Part shown: positions 38,669-48,619 of the stretch, piece after piece
Layout: each line of letters opens with the position of its first letter
How positions within the stretch are numbered: position 1 is the stretch's first letter
From: a virus
DNA: 64,000 nucleotides
Virus record (IMG/VR): IMGVR_UViG_3300044713_000232
Location: 1 to 64,000 of that record
Strand: one strand, 5' to 3'
Notes under the pieces: generated by a model
What the model saw: only the letters and a program-made list of their open reading frames with translations
Databases searched by the model: none
Told to the model about the DNA's origin: nothing
Made by a program: the position numbers and the translations under genes

Positions 38669-39958
38669 CTATCGCTTTGCGCGAAAAAGTTTACGCAGGC
38701 GAATGCTGGTGAACTGGTCGAGCCCGACGACGATGTGGTCAACGAGCTTGAGATTGTTGCCGAAAGGCTTGCGCGCCTTCTCGATCGCCTTCGTGAGGTC
38801 TTTGTCGGCCTGGCTCGGCGTCGCCTTTCCAGAAGGGTGGCAATGCGCAATGACGAATCCCTTCGCCTGACGCGCCAACGCCGCACCCAACGCGGCGCGC
38901 ATGACGTCGTCGATTCCGACGTTGACGCGGTCGATCTGGCCCCGGGCGACCTCGTCGATACCGCGCAGGTGCCCGTGCAAGTCGAGGCTGATGACGAGGA
39001 AGACCTCCTGCGGCTGCGAGACGCAGTACTGTCGAATGAGCTTGTAGATGGCCGTGGGGGTCGTGAGGGGGCCGATCTGGTCAGCGAGCGCGACGCAGGC
39101 GCGGAACTTCTCTTCGTCTATGCGCACCTCGGTGAAGGGGGCGCACATGGGCGCGACGGGTACCGACGTCTGCGGCGCCAGCGGCGTCGACGGAAGTAGC
39201 GCACCCGTCTTGTTGTGCTTCTCGGCGAAGCGCTTCGCCTGTGCGACAGTCTCGAAGCTGCGCAGCTCGCTGGCATCGAGCGTCAATACCCACGGGAAGC
39301 GCTTCAAGCGGCGTGACACCCGCTGGTGCTGCGGTGAGATGCGGTAGCTCGACGTCTTGTTGACGGCACGTGCGTAGAGACCGTGCTTGTCGCGGTGCCA
39401 CTTGAGAGGCTTGACAGCGCCGCGAGGCGTCTCGCCTGACATAGCGAAGCGCATGCGCGTATCAGGCGCGTCGACGAACTTCACGTACCCACCGCGGCTG
39501 TCGGCGAGAGCCTTCGCTTCGGCGTAGTCCTTGGTGACGACGCCGAGACGCTTTCCGTTTGCATCCACGGCGACGTAGTCACGCGCCTCAGTCGCAGCGC
39601 TGATAGCGATAGCGTCGACGGGGCGCGCCTGTACGAAGTCGTGGCGCGCAGCGATGTGCCACTTACCCGCCTCGAAGAACAGCACCTTGCGCTTGTGCCC
39701 CTCGTTGGAAGGGGGCGAATAGAGGTAGAACGGCCCGTCCGGCGAGGCATTGGGCCTGATGGGGTAGTAGTAGACGTAACCGTCAGCTTTGGCCTTCGCT
39801 AGAGCGCTACTGAGCTCGGGGAAGTCGGCCGCCTTCTGCTCGAGAGCGCACTCGCCCATCGGGCACGGCACCTGCGGCGCGTGGGGGCACCCGCCTCCCG
39901 CCGGACACTCACCGACCGGCCCGGCACCTGCTTCATAGACAACGGGGACTCGCGGCAT
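38669..39958 (-). CDS. Multidomain protein with C-terminal RadC-type JAB domain
   Basis: QEVF...AHCHPSGKATPSQAD..LT...LVDHIVVG. Confidence 0.85.
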   Translation of the reverse strand: MPRVPVVYEAGAGPVGECPAGGGCPHAPQVPCPMGECALEQKAADFPELSSALAKAKADGYVYYYPIRPNASPDGPFYLYSPPSNEGHKRKVLFFEAGKWHIAARHDFVQARPVDAIAISAATEARDYVAVDANGKRLGVVTKDYAEAKALADSRGGYVKFVDAPDTRMRFAMSGETPRGAVKPLKWHRDKHGLYARAVNKTSSYRISPQHQRVSRRLKRFPWVLTLDASELRSFETVAQAKRFAEKHNKTGALLPSTPLAPQTSVPVAPMCAPFTEVRIDEEKFRACVALADQIGPLTTPTAIYKLIRQYCVSQPQEVFLVISLDLHGHLRGIDEVARGQIDRVNVGIDDVMRAALGAALARQAKGFVIAHCHPSGKATPSQADKDLTKAIEKARKPFGNNLKLVDHIVVGLDQFTSIRLRKLFRAKR

Positions 39959-39991
39959 GCAGAGATTCTAGCACCAACGGTGCCGCTAGAG

Positions 39992-40702
39992 CTAGCGCTT
40001 GCGGGCCACCACGACATGCTGAAACGCTAGCGCTTCGGGCCAGAGCGATACCAACTGCTCCTCGAGATGCCTCACGTGGCGCTTGTAGAAGCCGTAGATG
40101 CGCGCGTCGAGGCGCCGTGTATCGGCGTCGATATCGAGCCAGCGACGCATCCTCGCGAGACCTTCGCGCGCGATACCCGGCGTCTGGTCGACGGCGTCGA
40201 CGACGAGACCGGCGTCGAGCACCAGCTGTATCGCGCTCGCGCGCGTGAAGAAGCGCAGGTGCGTGATGTCGCGGATACCTTTGTCGCTGTACTCGAAGTT
40301 GCCTTTCAGCAAGTGAAGCCGCATGCCCCAGTTGGCGACATTGGGCAACGAGACGATGACGCTGCCGTTGTGCACCAAGAGCGGTAGGAAGCGCCTCAGC
40401 GTCGTCAGAGGCGCCTTCACGTGCTCCAGCACATCACCGAAGACGAGACACTCGACGCGCTTGTCGAGGATGCGATTCATACTCCACTCTTGCTCGATGT
40501 CGATGTCGTAGACATCATCGAGACGCATCGAGGCGATGTGCGTTGATGCTCTGAAGTTGTCGATGCCGATGACATAGGCGCCGTCGTTGTGCGCCGCGAG
40601 AGTGTTCTGACCGGCGCCACAGCCGATGTCGAGGATGCTCTTAGGGCGTAGGCGCCGCAGCTGTCGTGCGATGGCGGTGTTGACTTCCTCGCCGTATGTC
40701 AT
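39992..40702 (-). CDS. Class I SAM-dependent methyltransferase (glycan-type)
   Basis: ILDIGCGAG, FGDVLEH, VSLPNV, GIRDITHLRFFT. Confidence 0.85.
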   Translation of the reverse strand: MTYGEEVNTAIARQLRRLRPKSILDIGCGAGQNTLAAHNDGAYVIGIDNFRASTHIASMRLDDVYDIDIEQEWSMNRILDKRVECLVFGDVLEHVKAPLTTLRRFLPLLVHNGSVIVSLPNVANWGMRLHLLKGNFEYSDKGIRDITHLRFFTRASAIQLVLDAGLVVDAVDQTPGIAREGLARMRRWLDIDADTRRLDARIYGFYKRHVRHLEEQLVSLWPEALAFQHVVVARKR

Positions 40703-40933
40703 CGTGGCGGTAGCCTCATCGAATGCGCCACCTGCACCGGCGATGCGCCGTTGTCGTCGAGCGACTCGACGAGAGCCACCATCTTCTCGAGGGCAGCAAC
40801 CAGTGCTTGGCGTTGCTTAGGCGTCATCGCCATCGCGACTTGGATGAAGCTGGTGCCGCCGACGGCAGCCATAACGACAGCGTCATCGCTGACGCGCAGC
40901 TGGTCGCCTAGCGACGCCGCCGCCTCGTGCGCC

Positions 40934-41347
40934 TTACTTCGCTTCGTCTTCGCCATCGACGGCTCCCATCTTGAACTTGGGCGCTGGTGCACTCAACGTG
41001 TACACATCATCGCCGATCTTCGGCGCTACCCTTAGCGGGTGTGTTACGTGACCGAACTTCTCGAGGTAGTACATCTCCATCATTGCGTTGTACGCGATAG
41101 CAGCCAGGTGCATCTTCAAGTCGCCGAACTTGTCGTGCGCTTCACCGAGCTGGTACTGCCGGAGGTGCTCGTAGATGTGGTTGATACAGCTCTTGTCGCC
41201 TTCGAGGCGCGCGGCGGTGTACTGGCTCCAGCTGCCGTACTTCTCCTCGGCATACTTCGCGATGCGCGCCAGCGCCTTGAGGAAGTCGGGATTCAACGCG
41301 GTGTAGATGTAGTCCACCGGCACGCGCTTCACTTTGTCGTCAGCCAT
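40934..41347 (-). CDS. dATP/dGTP diphosphohydrolase domain protein (DUF5664-like)
   Basis: ALARIAKYAEEKYG..W...HL..Y..GE..D.....HLAAIAYNAM. Confidence 0.7.
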   Translation of the reverse strand: MADDKVKRVPVDYIYTALNPDFLKALARIAKYAEEKYGSWSQYTAARLEGDKSCINHIYEHLRQYQLGEAHDKFGDLKMHLAAIAYNAMMEMYYLEKFGHVTHPLRVAPKIGDDVYTLSAPAPKFKMGAVDGEDEAK

Positions 41348-41356
41348 TCTGAAACC

Positions 41357-41896
41357 TCACTTGAATTGTTTGAAAGCCCTGCTCGCCACCGGCCCAATGG
41401 CGGAGATACCGGTGTAGTTGCCTCTGTACGGCTCCACCAAGCGGTCGATGCTGTGGAAGCGCACCTGTGCGATGCGCATGCCGGGGTACAATCGCGTCCT
41501 GTACTTACACGTGACTTCGAGTGTGTACTGACCGTCGAAGCCCGGGTCGCCGAAGCCGGCTGTCTGATGCACCTGCACGAACAGCCTGCCGATGCTTGAC
41601 TTGCCGTCGATGACGGGTACGTACAGGTCACTCCAGACGACTTCGTTGGTGTGCATCAAGTAACCGGTATCGGGAGTCAGGATGAATCCTTCGGGGCCCA
41701 TCGCGGTGTACACCGTCGCGTTGTCCACCTGCGCGTCGAGAAAGACGCCTCGTGGTCCATGACAACAGTACTCGACAACGCCAGCGCCTAGCGTCAGGTC
41801 GTAGCTGACGGGGTTCAACTGGTCTGCGTTGAATGGCGAGATGCGGATGTTACGGTTGCGCACGGCGCCTTCGATGGCTTTGCCGGAGAGAATCAC
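41357..41896 (-). CDS. dcd: dCTP deaminase
   Basis: LNPVSYDLTL, GKSSIGRL, TAGFGDPGFDGQYTLE, YPGMRIAQ, Y.GNY. Confidence 0.92.
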   Translation of the reverse strand: MILSGKAIEGAVRNRNIRISPFNADQLNPVSYDLTLGAGVVEYCCHGPRGVFLDAQVDNATVYTAMGPEGFILTPDTGYLMHTNEVVWSDLYVPVIDGKSSIGRLFVQVHQTAGFGDPGFDGQYTLEVTCKYRTRLYPGMRIAQVRFHSIDRLVEPYRGNYTGISAIGPVASRAFKQFK

Positions 41897-42684
41897 TTCG
41901 CCCTCTTAGTTTTCTTCCATGCCTTGAACTCCTGCCACTCGGCGCGCTGCAACTCGAAGAGGTCCCACGTGCGTGGATGGAGCTCTTTGATGAAGTCGCC
42001 GACAGCGTTGGCGTAGGCGCGAATCTCGTACTGCGCGTTGGGATCCATACGAAGCGTGAGAAACGCGAGCCAATTGCGCAGACACGTCGCGGCGCGCATG
42101 CGGCTGTAGCGCCCGACTGGCAGCACGACGCGCGCGAGCTCCTTCGGCACACCGTTCTTCAAGGCGCTCTGGTACACGCTCTCGGCTTGGAAGTACATGT
42201 CGCCGAGTATGCCGCGAAACGTCTCGGCAGCTTCCTCCGTCAGCGCATCGGCACCGGCGACGGCGCCGGCCTGCTTGTTCGCCTTCGACGTCATCATGAG
42301 ACGCTCGACGGTGGGGACGTAATTGAGATCTGGTAGCGGCGCGTACCTAGCGCTCATCTCGTTGTAGCTCTGGGTCCTGTGACGGTGCCACTCTCTGAAG
42401 ACGAAGATGGGCGCTTGCACCTCGATGACGAGCCCGGCGAACTCGAAGGGGGTCGCGTGCGCGTTCTCGTAGAGGTAGGCTAGAAGCCGCTCGTCGCCCG
42501 GTGCTGCGTTGTGCACGGAGCACGTCATCCCGTCGTCGTGGCACATCGTGCACTTCGTGCCCCAGCCCTCGAAGCCCTTCTGCGTCGACATGCGTGCCGC
42601 TTCGATGATGCGCTCGTCTGAACCCCACGAATCCACTAACTCGACGTACCCGAAGTCGAGCACCTTCACCCTGCGCGCAACCAT
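41893..42684 (-). CDS. thyX: Flavin-dependent thymidylate synthase
   Basis: HATPFE, REWHRHR..SYNEMSARY, E.ARVVLP, AQYEIR. Confidence 0.95.
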   Translation of the reverse strand: MVARRVKVLDFGYVELVDSWGSDERIIEAARMSTQKGFEGWGTKCTMCHDDGMTCSVHNAAPGDERLLAYLYENAHATPFEFAGLVIEVQAPIFVFREWHRHRTQSYNEMSARYAPLPDLNYVPTVERLMMTSKANKQAGAVAGADALTEEAAETFRGILGDMYFQAESVYQSALKNGVPKELARVVLPVGRYSRMRAATCLRNWLAFLTLRMDPNAQYEIRAYANAVGDFIKELHPRTWDLFELQRAEWQEFKAWKKTKRAK

Positions 42685-43022
42685 CAGTTCCCCCGAATCC
42701 TCTCGTGTACCGGCGGTGGCGGCGGTCTCGGCGAGCAGCTCGCCGTACCGCACGTAGCGCCTAGATGAGGCGGTGCCGTATCGCTACCGGGCCCTACGTA
42801 GCAGCACATCTTCACGGGGCAGGTATTCGTCGGGTCGTCGACGGTATCGTGCCCGCAGATCTCCTGCTCATCGCAGCACCCATCGCCGCTCTGGAGACTA
42901 CAGTGATGAGCGCGATAGCGCCCGCACGGATAGCCGACCTTAGGCGGCAGCAACACCGACGGCGTCGCGCAGGCGACGACGGTGACAGCCGCCACCAGCG
43001 CTGTCGCTAAAAGCCGCTTCAT
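42684..43022 (-). CDS. Cys-rich lipoprotein
   Basis: MKRLLATALVAAVTVVAC lipobox and many Cys. Confidence 0.6.
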   Translation of the reverse strand: MKRLLATALVAAVTVVACATPSVLLPPKVGYPCGRYRAHHCSLQSGDGCCDEQEICGHDTVDDPTNTCPVKMCCYVGPGSDTAPPHLGATCGTASCSPRPPPPPVHERIRGN

Positions 43023-43775
43023 GCTGCCTTGCCTCGGGCGCTCGGGGGCAACGCCTCAATCATGTCGCGCCCCACAGAAACCTTGCTGTACTCACCAGCG
43101 CTGACGGTGAATCTCGCCACCGTACCGTCGTCGCGCCAGCGCACCTCCAGCACGCATCCGGGGAGCTTCTGTAACACGTCACCCTTGCGCATCTTCTGAC
43201 ACATTACTTCCTCCTCGAGTACATCACGAGCCACATGAAGCTATCCCAAACGCCGAGCCAGAAAGGAATGCGCTCGACGCGCCAGTCACCGGTGTTCACG
43301 AGCGACGGCTTGCCGAAGTGCTCTGCGGCCTCCATCGACGTCCAGCGGTACAGACCGCCGGTGGAGAGCGTGAACCACCTGTCAGGCACAGTATCCCCAG
43401 GCATAGCGGTGTAGCTCGTGGGTACGACCTCGCCGCACGACAGCACCTTCACGTAGAGCCTTAGGCCCCACATCCGCTTGCGTCGGGGCATCGTGGTGAG
43501 CGCCAGCGTCTTCTCGGTGGCAGTACGCGCCGCCATGACATCGTTGTTCAGAATCACTCGCGGTCTCTGTTCGTGGCTATTCATCCGCCGAGCTCCTTTC
43601 ACGCAAGCCGCGCGCTACGCTAACGGCGCGGGTGAGTAACATCGCCAGCCTCACGGCCTCGATGGGCGACAGCGTAAAGCGGTGCGCCTCGATGGTGCGC
43701 TCGACTTCGATACCGCCGCTAGAGGCGCTGACGTAGATACTTCCCCGCCCCGGCACCGCGACGATTCCGATGTGC

Positions 43776-44354
43776 TCATCGCCAACACCACCTCTCCAGC
43801 CCCATGGCTCCCGGGGCGTACTTGCACAGCATCAAGTCCTTGGGGTACGGGTCCACCTTGCCTGTCTTGGGATTGACAGGCGTACCGTCGAAGGTAAGCC
43901 GGGGATGCAGCGCGTACACCTTCGCAAAGCTCCAGACATACTCCCAGAACCAGTTGGCGCCGATGCTCGCCGGCACGAGAAGGTACACAGCGCGCCCCGG
44001 CAGACGCGTGGCGCCTGCGCACTTCGAGGCCCATAGCGAGATACGCTCGTAGGGCGGATTGAGCCAGAGATTGCCTTGGAGCTTGCCCCAATCTTGCGCC
44101 AACGAGTTGACTCCGATACACCCCTCGTTGTCCATGTTATGCGCCAGCGGCGTGCCGAGAGGCCCGTAGAAGCGGGGCGCCTTCGCGTTGCTGTAGTCGG
44201 CAGCGAGGTCGTAGTCCATCTTGCCGAAGCGCTTCTCGACGGCGTCCATAAAGTCGCGGGGAGTGCCGTAGTCTTGCTTCGACTCGCCTGGCTTCTGTCG
44301 CGGCATCTTGCGACGCACCGCCAAGCGGGGCGCCAACTGCACTAGCTTACCCAT
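43776..44354 (-). CDS. Phage DNA N6-adenine methyltransferase (Dam-type)
   Basis: TP..F...DLAA...N.K...W.....WLNPPY...LVPA...RLTF. Confidence 0.85.
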   Translation of the reverse strand: MGKLVQLAPRLAVRRKMPRQKPGESKQDYGTPRDFMDAVEKRFGKMDYDLAADYSNAKAPRFYGPLGTPLAHNMDNEGCIGVNSLAQDWGKLQGNLWLNPPYERISLWASKCAGATRLPGRAVYLLVPASIGANWFWEYVWSFAKVYALHPRLTFDGTPVNPKTGKVDPYPKDLMLCKYAPGAMGLERWCWR

Positions 44355-44737
44355 CACTGCTCCTTCACCCATCCTGCCGTGGCCAACCGACACCCCACCT
44401 TCACACCCACGCGCTTCACCCACCCTGCTGGGGCTTCGACTACCCACCTGCCGGGCTCGTCGATACTCCACAATACGAACGGGGGCCCGACGGGCACCCA
44501 CTCGAGAGCGTCCAGTAACATAGCCTCCTGTGAGAAGAACAGCAAGTCGAGCGGGAAGCTCACACCTTTCATCCAGAATCGTTGCGTTTTCACTTCTGGC
44601 ATGATGAAGAGCATGCCTTCAGCGGGGCCCAGCCCCAACCGCCCGCCGAGGCCGAGAGAGATCTGCGCGGGCGTTTCGGCGATGTCGCAGACGAGGCGCG
44701 CGCCGGGCGGATTGAAGGCGAGGATGACGCGCCTCAC
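44354..44737 (-). CDS. DUF192-family protein
   Basis: IAETP.....GL.GR.......GMLF......FWMK.V.FPLDLLF. Confidence 0.8.
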   Translation of the reverse strand: MRRVILAFNPPGARLVCDIAETPAQISLGLGGRLGLGPAEGMLFIMPEVKTQRFWMKGVSFPLDLLFFSQEAMLLDALEWVPVGPPFVLWSIDEPGRWVVEAPAGWVKRVGVKVGCRLATAGWVKEQ

Positions 44738-45360
44738 TTGTGCACCGCATCGTAGGCTTCCGCCAGCACGTCGTGGCATTCGGAAGGCATGTCTTGCCAC
44801 GTCATCTTGTGGCGCACGACGCCGCCCATACCGCCCAACACCCGCGCCGGTTTGTCGTCGAAGTTGCATCTGTAGACGACAGTGACAGTAAGCGCTTCGA
44901 CGCGCGACGTGTGCCAATCGCGATGCGCGATGCTGTAGTGTTGCCCGGCCTCGTAGCGCCGAGGCACTTGCGGCTTCGCCCACGCGGGCCCAATCAGCTG
45001 CCCTTCGGTACCTTCGCCAGCCTGAATCTTGGCGTGCTTGATGGCGAAGGCTTCCGTCTCGATGAAGCCGGTGGCGAACCGAGGCGCGAACGGCTGCGCG
45101 CCGACAAGCACGGTGTAGGGTGTGTCGATGATGGTGCCGTAGACGATGGCGCTGTGGATATCGAAGCGGTGGTCGTGCACAGCGCGCATGCCGTCAGCGG
45201 GGATGTGGCGTAGGCTCTCGTGCCACACATGAATCCTGATGCTGTCGTCGAGCTCCGCTTGCAACATGCCGAGCCCGTGCCAGCGCCAAGTCAGGTTTCT
45301 GAAAGCGACCAGCTTGACGATGCGTGTCGCCAGCGCGACGAACTGCGGGTTAGTCACCAC
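44734..45360 (-). CDS. Hypothetical cupin-like protein
   Basis: RIHVWH...VHDHRFD..S.I..G...H.S. Confidence 0.5.
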   Translation of the reverse strand: MVTNPQFVALATRIVKLVAFRNLTWRWHGLGMLQAELDDSIRIHVWHESLRHIPADGMRAVHDHRFDIHSAIVYGTIIDTPYTVLVGAQPFAPRFATGFIETEAFAIKHAKIQAGEGTEGQLIGPAWAKPQVPRRYEAGQHYSIAHRDWHTSRVEALTVTVVYRCNFDDKPARVLGGMGGVVRHKMTWQDMPSECHDVLAEAYDAVHK

Positions 45361-45782
45361 TGGTGTCCTCTTGGGGCTCTGCGCGGATGTCGATGACAGC
45401 ATCGCGGAGCGTCGCGATGACGTTGTCGAGCTTCTCTTTCGCGTCGGCGTCGTCCTTCGCGTACATGTCGATATACTGCGCCAGCGTGACGATGAGCCCC
45501 GCCACGACAGACTTCGGCGACGTCGCCGCAGCGAGCATGGCACACAGCAGCCGCATCTGGCCGAGAATCAGGTCCGCATCGCGCTCAGTCGTCATCTGCT
45601 ACCTCTTTCAGAACCTCGCACGTCTTCGCGCCCCCGTGCGTCGGGCAGAACCCATGACTGTAGTTGCAGCCGCACTCCTTGCAGTAGTAGATGCCGTACG
45701 TCTTGTGCCAATCGGCATCCACCTCGGAAGGCGTCACAGGCTTCGTCTTCTTCTTACGATGCAGCATCGGACATTCCGTTGC

Positions 45783-48326
45783 TCAGAAGTCGCTCCAGCG
45801 CTCGCCACACTTTGCGTCAATCGGCATGACGAACTCCTTACCACTCGTCGGTACGAAGATCTTACGGCTCCACACTTCCTTCACGATGTCGCTGATGTCT
45901 TGCGCATCTTGTGTCGGCACCTCGATGATAGCGGCGTCGTGAATCTGTGCGATGATGTGCGCACATCGAGGAAGCTGTGCGTCGATAGCGAGAAGGCGCT
46001 CATTCATCAAGTCGGCGATGCAGCTCTGTACGACGAAGTTCGCCGTCTCGGTCGGCTTCGGGAAGTACGACATGCGGCGAATGCGCCCTGAGAGCGCTGT
46101 GCGCAAGAACCCCTGACGGCGGCAGGATTCAAGATTCTCGTCGCAATACGCGTTGTAGCGCGCATACGTCTGCTTCACAGCGTCGAACATAGCTTCGACG
46201 TCGCCGAGTGATACATCGAAGCCTTGACTCAACAAGTAGGCGAGCACGGTGCTCACATCGGCGCGGTATAGAATCGCGAAGAGAGCGTTCTTAGCAACGT
46301 CGCGGTAGATCTTCCCCTTGCCTTTGGGGTCGGTGCGCAGCAGTTCGGCGGCGTCGGGGAATAGAATCGCCGCATTACCAGCGTGCACGTCGCCATTCTC
46401 ACAAACTTGAATGAACGCGTCGTCGCCAGACAGATATGCCGCCGCGCGCGCTTCGCTTTGCGCAAGGTCGAAGTAGATCCATAGGTGCCCTGGCGCCGCG
46501 ATGTACATCTCGCGCACGCGCGACTCTAGCTCGTAGGCTTCGTCACCCAACTCCTTGATACGCTCCTTTGAGGCCTTCTTCAAGTCTGCGCGCAGCACAC
46601 GCCTTACGAGGTTCTGCAAGTTGGGGTCGCGGCAAGAGAGCCGCGCGGTCACCGTGCCGAAGGCGCGCCACGAGGCGTGTACTCGCCCATCGCGTGCGAT
46701 ATCGATACCCTCAAGGAACGTCGATACAGTCTTCAGCGCGGAACGCCAGCGAATGAGCAAGTCGGCCAGCTGTCCAGCGCGTGACTCCGTCTTCTGTAAC
46801 GCCTCGAGAGTGCCTGCCGCTGTCGACGGAAGCCCTGTGGGCGTTAGCTGTATCAACGGCGCCCTGAAGCGCTCGAAGAGCGCAGCGCGAATATCAGCTG
46901 TCTTGCTTGGCTGGAAGGAAGGCTTACGTAGTAACTTCCGCATCTCGCCTTTGAGCCCCGCGGCTCGAGAGCGGAGCTTCCTCGCGAGGTAGTCACGCTT
47001 TGTGATATCGACGCGAATGCCAACGCGCTGCATCTTGCAGCACAACTCCGCTAGATTTTTGTCGGCCTCGTAGACAGCACGCTCCGGGGCGAGGTCGTTT
47101 TGCATCCGGCACCAAGAGAGCGCAGTTAGCCCCACGTCGCTGGCGTTGTAGCGCGCGAGCTCTTTGACGGCGAAGCCTTGCCCCTTCTCATCGGCACCGC
47201 GAGACTTGTGAATCACCTTCCAAGGGGCGCTGTCGCAGTAAACGCTCGCCACATGGTCGAGCCCCTGCCTGACGTGTGAGGCGAAAGCATGATGCGCCAG
47301 CAACGTGTCTTCTTTGCCGCCGGTGAAGTGCACCCCATAGCGGCGGCAGACAGTCTCGTCGAAGCTAAGAAGGTTGTGCCCCACGACGACGCGCGTCTTT
47401 AGCGCATTGTTCAGCATGGGGCCGAAGTGACGGCGCCACGGATTCATCACCAGCGCAGGACCCGTCAAGACGCCTCTCTTGACGTCGACGCCGACGACGC
47501 CGATGCAATCGAGCTTGGAGTGCAGCGGGTCGGGGCCATCAGTCTCAACGTCAAGAGAGACAACCTTAGGCAGTCGCTCGAGATGCTTGCGAATCACCGC
47601 GATGCTGTCTGTCTCGACGAAGGGCACGTTGTCTTCGAGCTTCAACGGCGCTTGCGCATAGCGTACCGCCCGCCGCACGTCGACGCGCAACAGAGGTGCC
47701 CAGGCGTCGGCACCGCGAAGCAGAAACGCCGGATGTAGCGATGGGATGACGATGCGCCCCTCGAGCTTCGCGCGTGCCTGTAGTAGCCAAAGGCTACTCT
47801 CGGCTTTTGCCAGGCGCTCGTCGTTATAGGCTGTCTTACGAGTCGCGCGGCGCTTAGCCACGGCGCGCGCTGCGCCTTTCAGCGCCGCTGGCTTGACGGC
47901 ATCGATCTTCCAGATGAAGCCGCGCGCTTTGAGGATGCCGCCTTTGCCGATAGTCGACTTCGCTGCACTGGCGCCAAGGGCTAGCGTCGGCACCTGCGGC
48001 TCCAGAGCCGCTAGTTCGTTCGCCAGGCGCATGCTGCAACACGCCGCTGCGCGCGGGAGGTCTCTGTCGTCGTCGAGGCGGCAAAGCACGGCGTTGCTTA
48101 TCAACGCCTCGCGTCTGTCGAAGCCGGCTTCCTCGAGCATCGAGTCGAGCAAACGGCCCGACGGGCCCACGAAAGGCGCCTTCTCGCGCACCTCAATCTT
48201 GCCGGGGCCCTCGCCGACGATGGCTAGCTTGATTCTGCCCTTGGGCACCGTCGGGGGCACCACCGGCTGGCCGTTGAGGGGACAGTCAGAGCAGCGCGCG
48301 CCGTGGTCCTGCGGGCTGTACGGCAT
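45783..48326 (-). CDS. polA: Family A DNA polymerase with N-terminal family-4 uracil-DNA glycosylase and 3'-5' exonuclease domains
   Basis: C..CPL, VGEGPG..E....PFVG.SG, NAVLC, HPAF (UDG); DVET, GHN..FD, YNASD (exonuclease); DLAQSEAR, RDVAK...F...Y, QIHDA (polymerase). Confidence 0.95.
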   Translation of the reverse strand: MPYSPQDHGARCSDCPLNGQPVVPPTVPKGRIKLAIVGEGPGKIEVREKAPFVGPSGRLLDSMLEEAGFDRREALISNAVLCRLDDDRDLPRAAACCSMRLANELAALEPQVPTLALGASAAKSTIGKGGILKARGFIWKIDAVKPAALKGAARAVAKRRATRKTAYNDERLAKAESSLWLLQARAKLEGRIVIPSLHPAFLLRGADAWAPLLRVDVRRAVRYAQAPLKLEDNVPFVETDSIAVIRKHLERLPKVVSLDVETDGPDPLHSKLDCIGVVGVDVKRGVLTGPALVMNPWRRHFGPMLNNALKTRVVVGHNLLSFDETVCRRYGVHFTGGKEDTLLAHHAFASHVRQGLDHVASVYCDSAPWKVIHKSRGADEKGQGFAVKELARYNASDVGLTALSWCRMQNDLAPERAVYEADKNLAELCCKMQRVGIRVDITKRDYLARKLRSRAAGLKGEMRKLLRKPSFQPSKTADIRAALFERFRAPLIQLTPTGLPSTAAGTLEALQKTESRAGQLADLLIRWRSALKTVSTFLEGIDIARDGRVHASWRAFGTVTARLSCRDPNLQNLVRRVLRADLKKASKERIKELGDEAYELESRVREMYIAAPGHLWIYFDLAQSEARAAAYLSGDDAFIQVCENGDVHAGNAAILFPDAAELLRTDPKGKGKIYRDVAKNALFAILYRADVSTVLAYLLSQGFDVSLGDVEAMFDAVKQTYARYNAYCDENLESCRRQGFLRTALSGRIRRMSYFPKPTETANFVVQSCIADLMNERLLAIDAQLPRCAHIIAQIHDAAIIEVPTQDAQDISDIVKEVWSRKIFVPTSGKEFVMPIDAKCGERWSDF

Positions 48327-48619
48327 CGGCAGCTAGGCTGCCTTCGCAGCGCGCCTCGCGCGCCGTCGCGCGTTGATAGCGTCCTTGCGCCTAGCGTAGT
48401 ACGCCGCACGCCACTGCTTGTACGCAGTCGTGCGCGAGAACTTGCGGAACGCGGCGCGGCGTGTCTCCATGGCTTTCTCGGGATTGAGGCGCTCCCACTC
48501 TCTGAGCCTAGCGATGCCTGCCGCGGTGCTGCGCCAGTTGAGCCCCGATGTGAGAATCTCGACAGAGGCCTTGCCAGAGGCCTCGGCGAAGAGCTCCGCG
48601 ACGCCCTCGTGCAAGTCAA

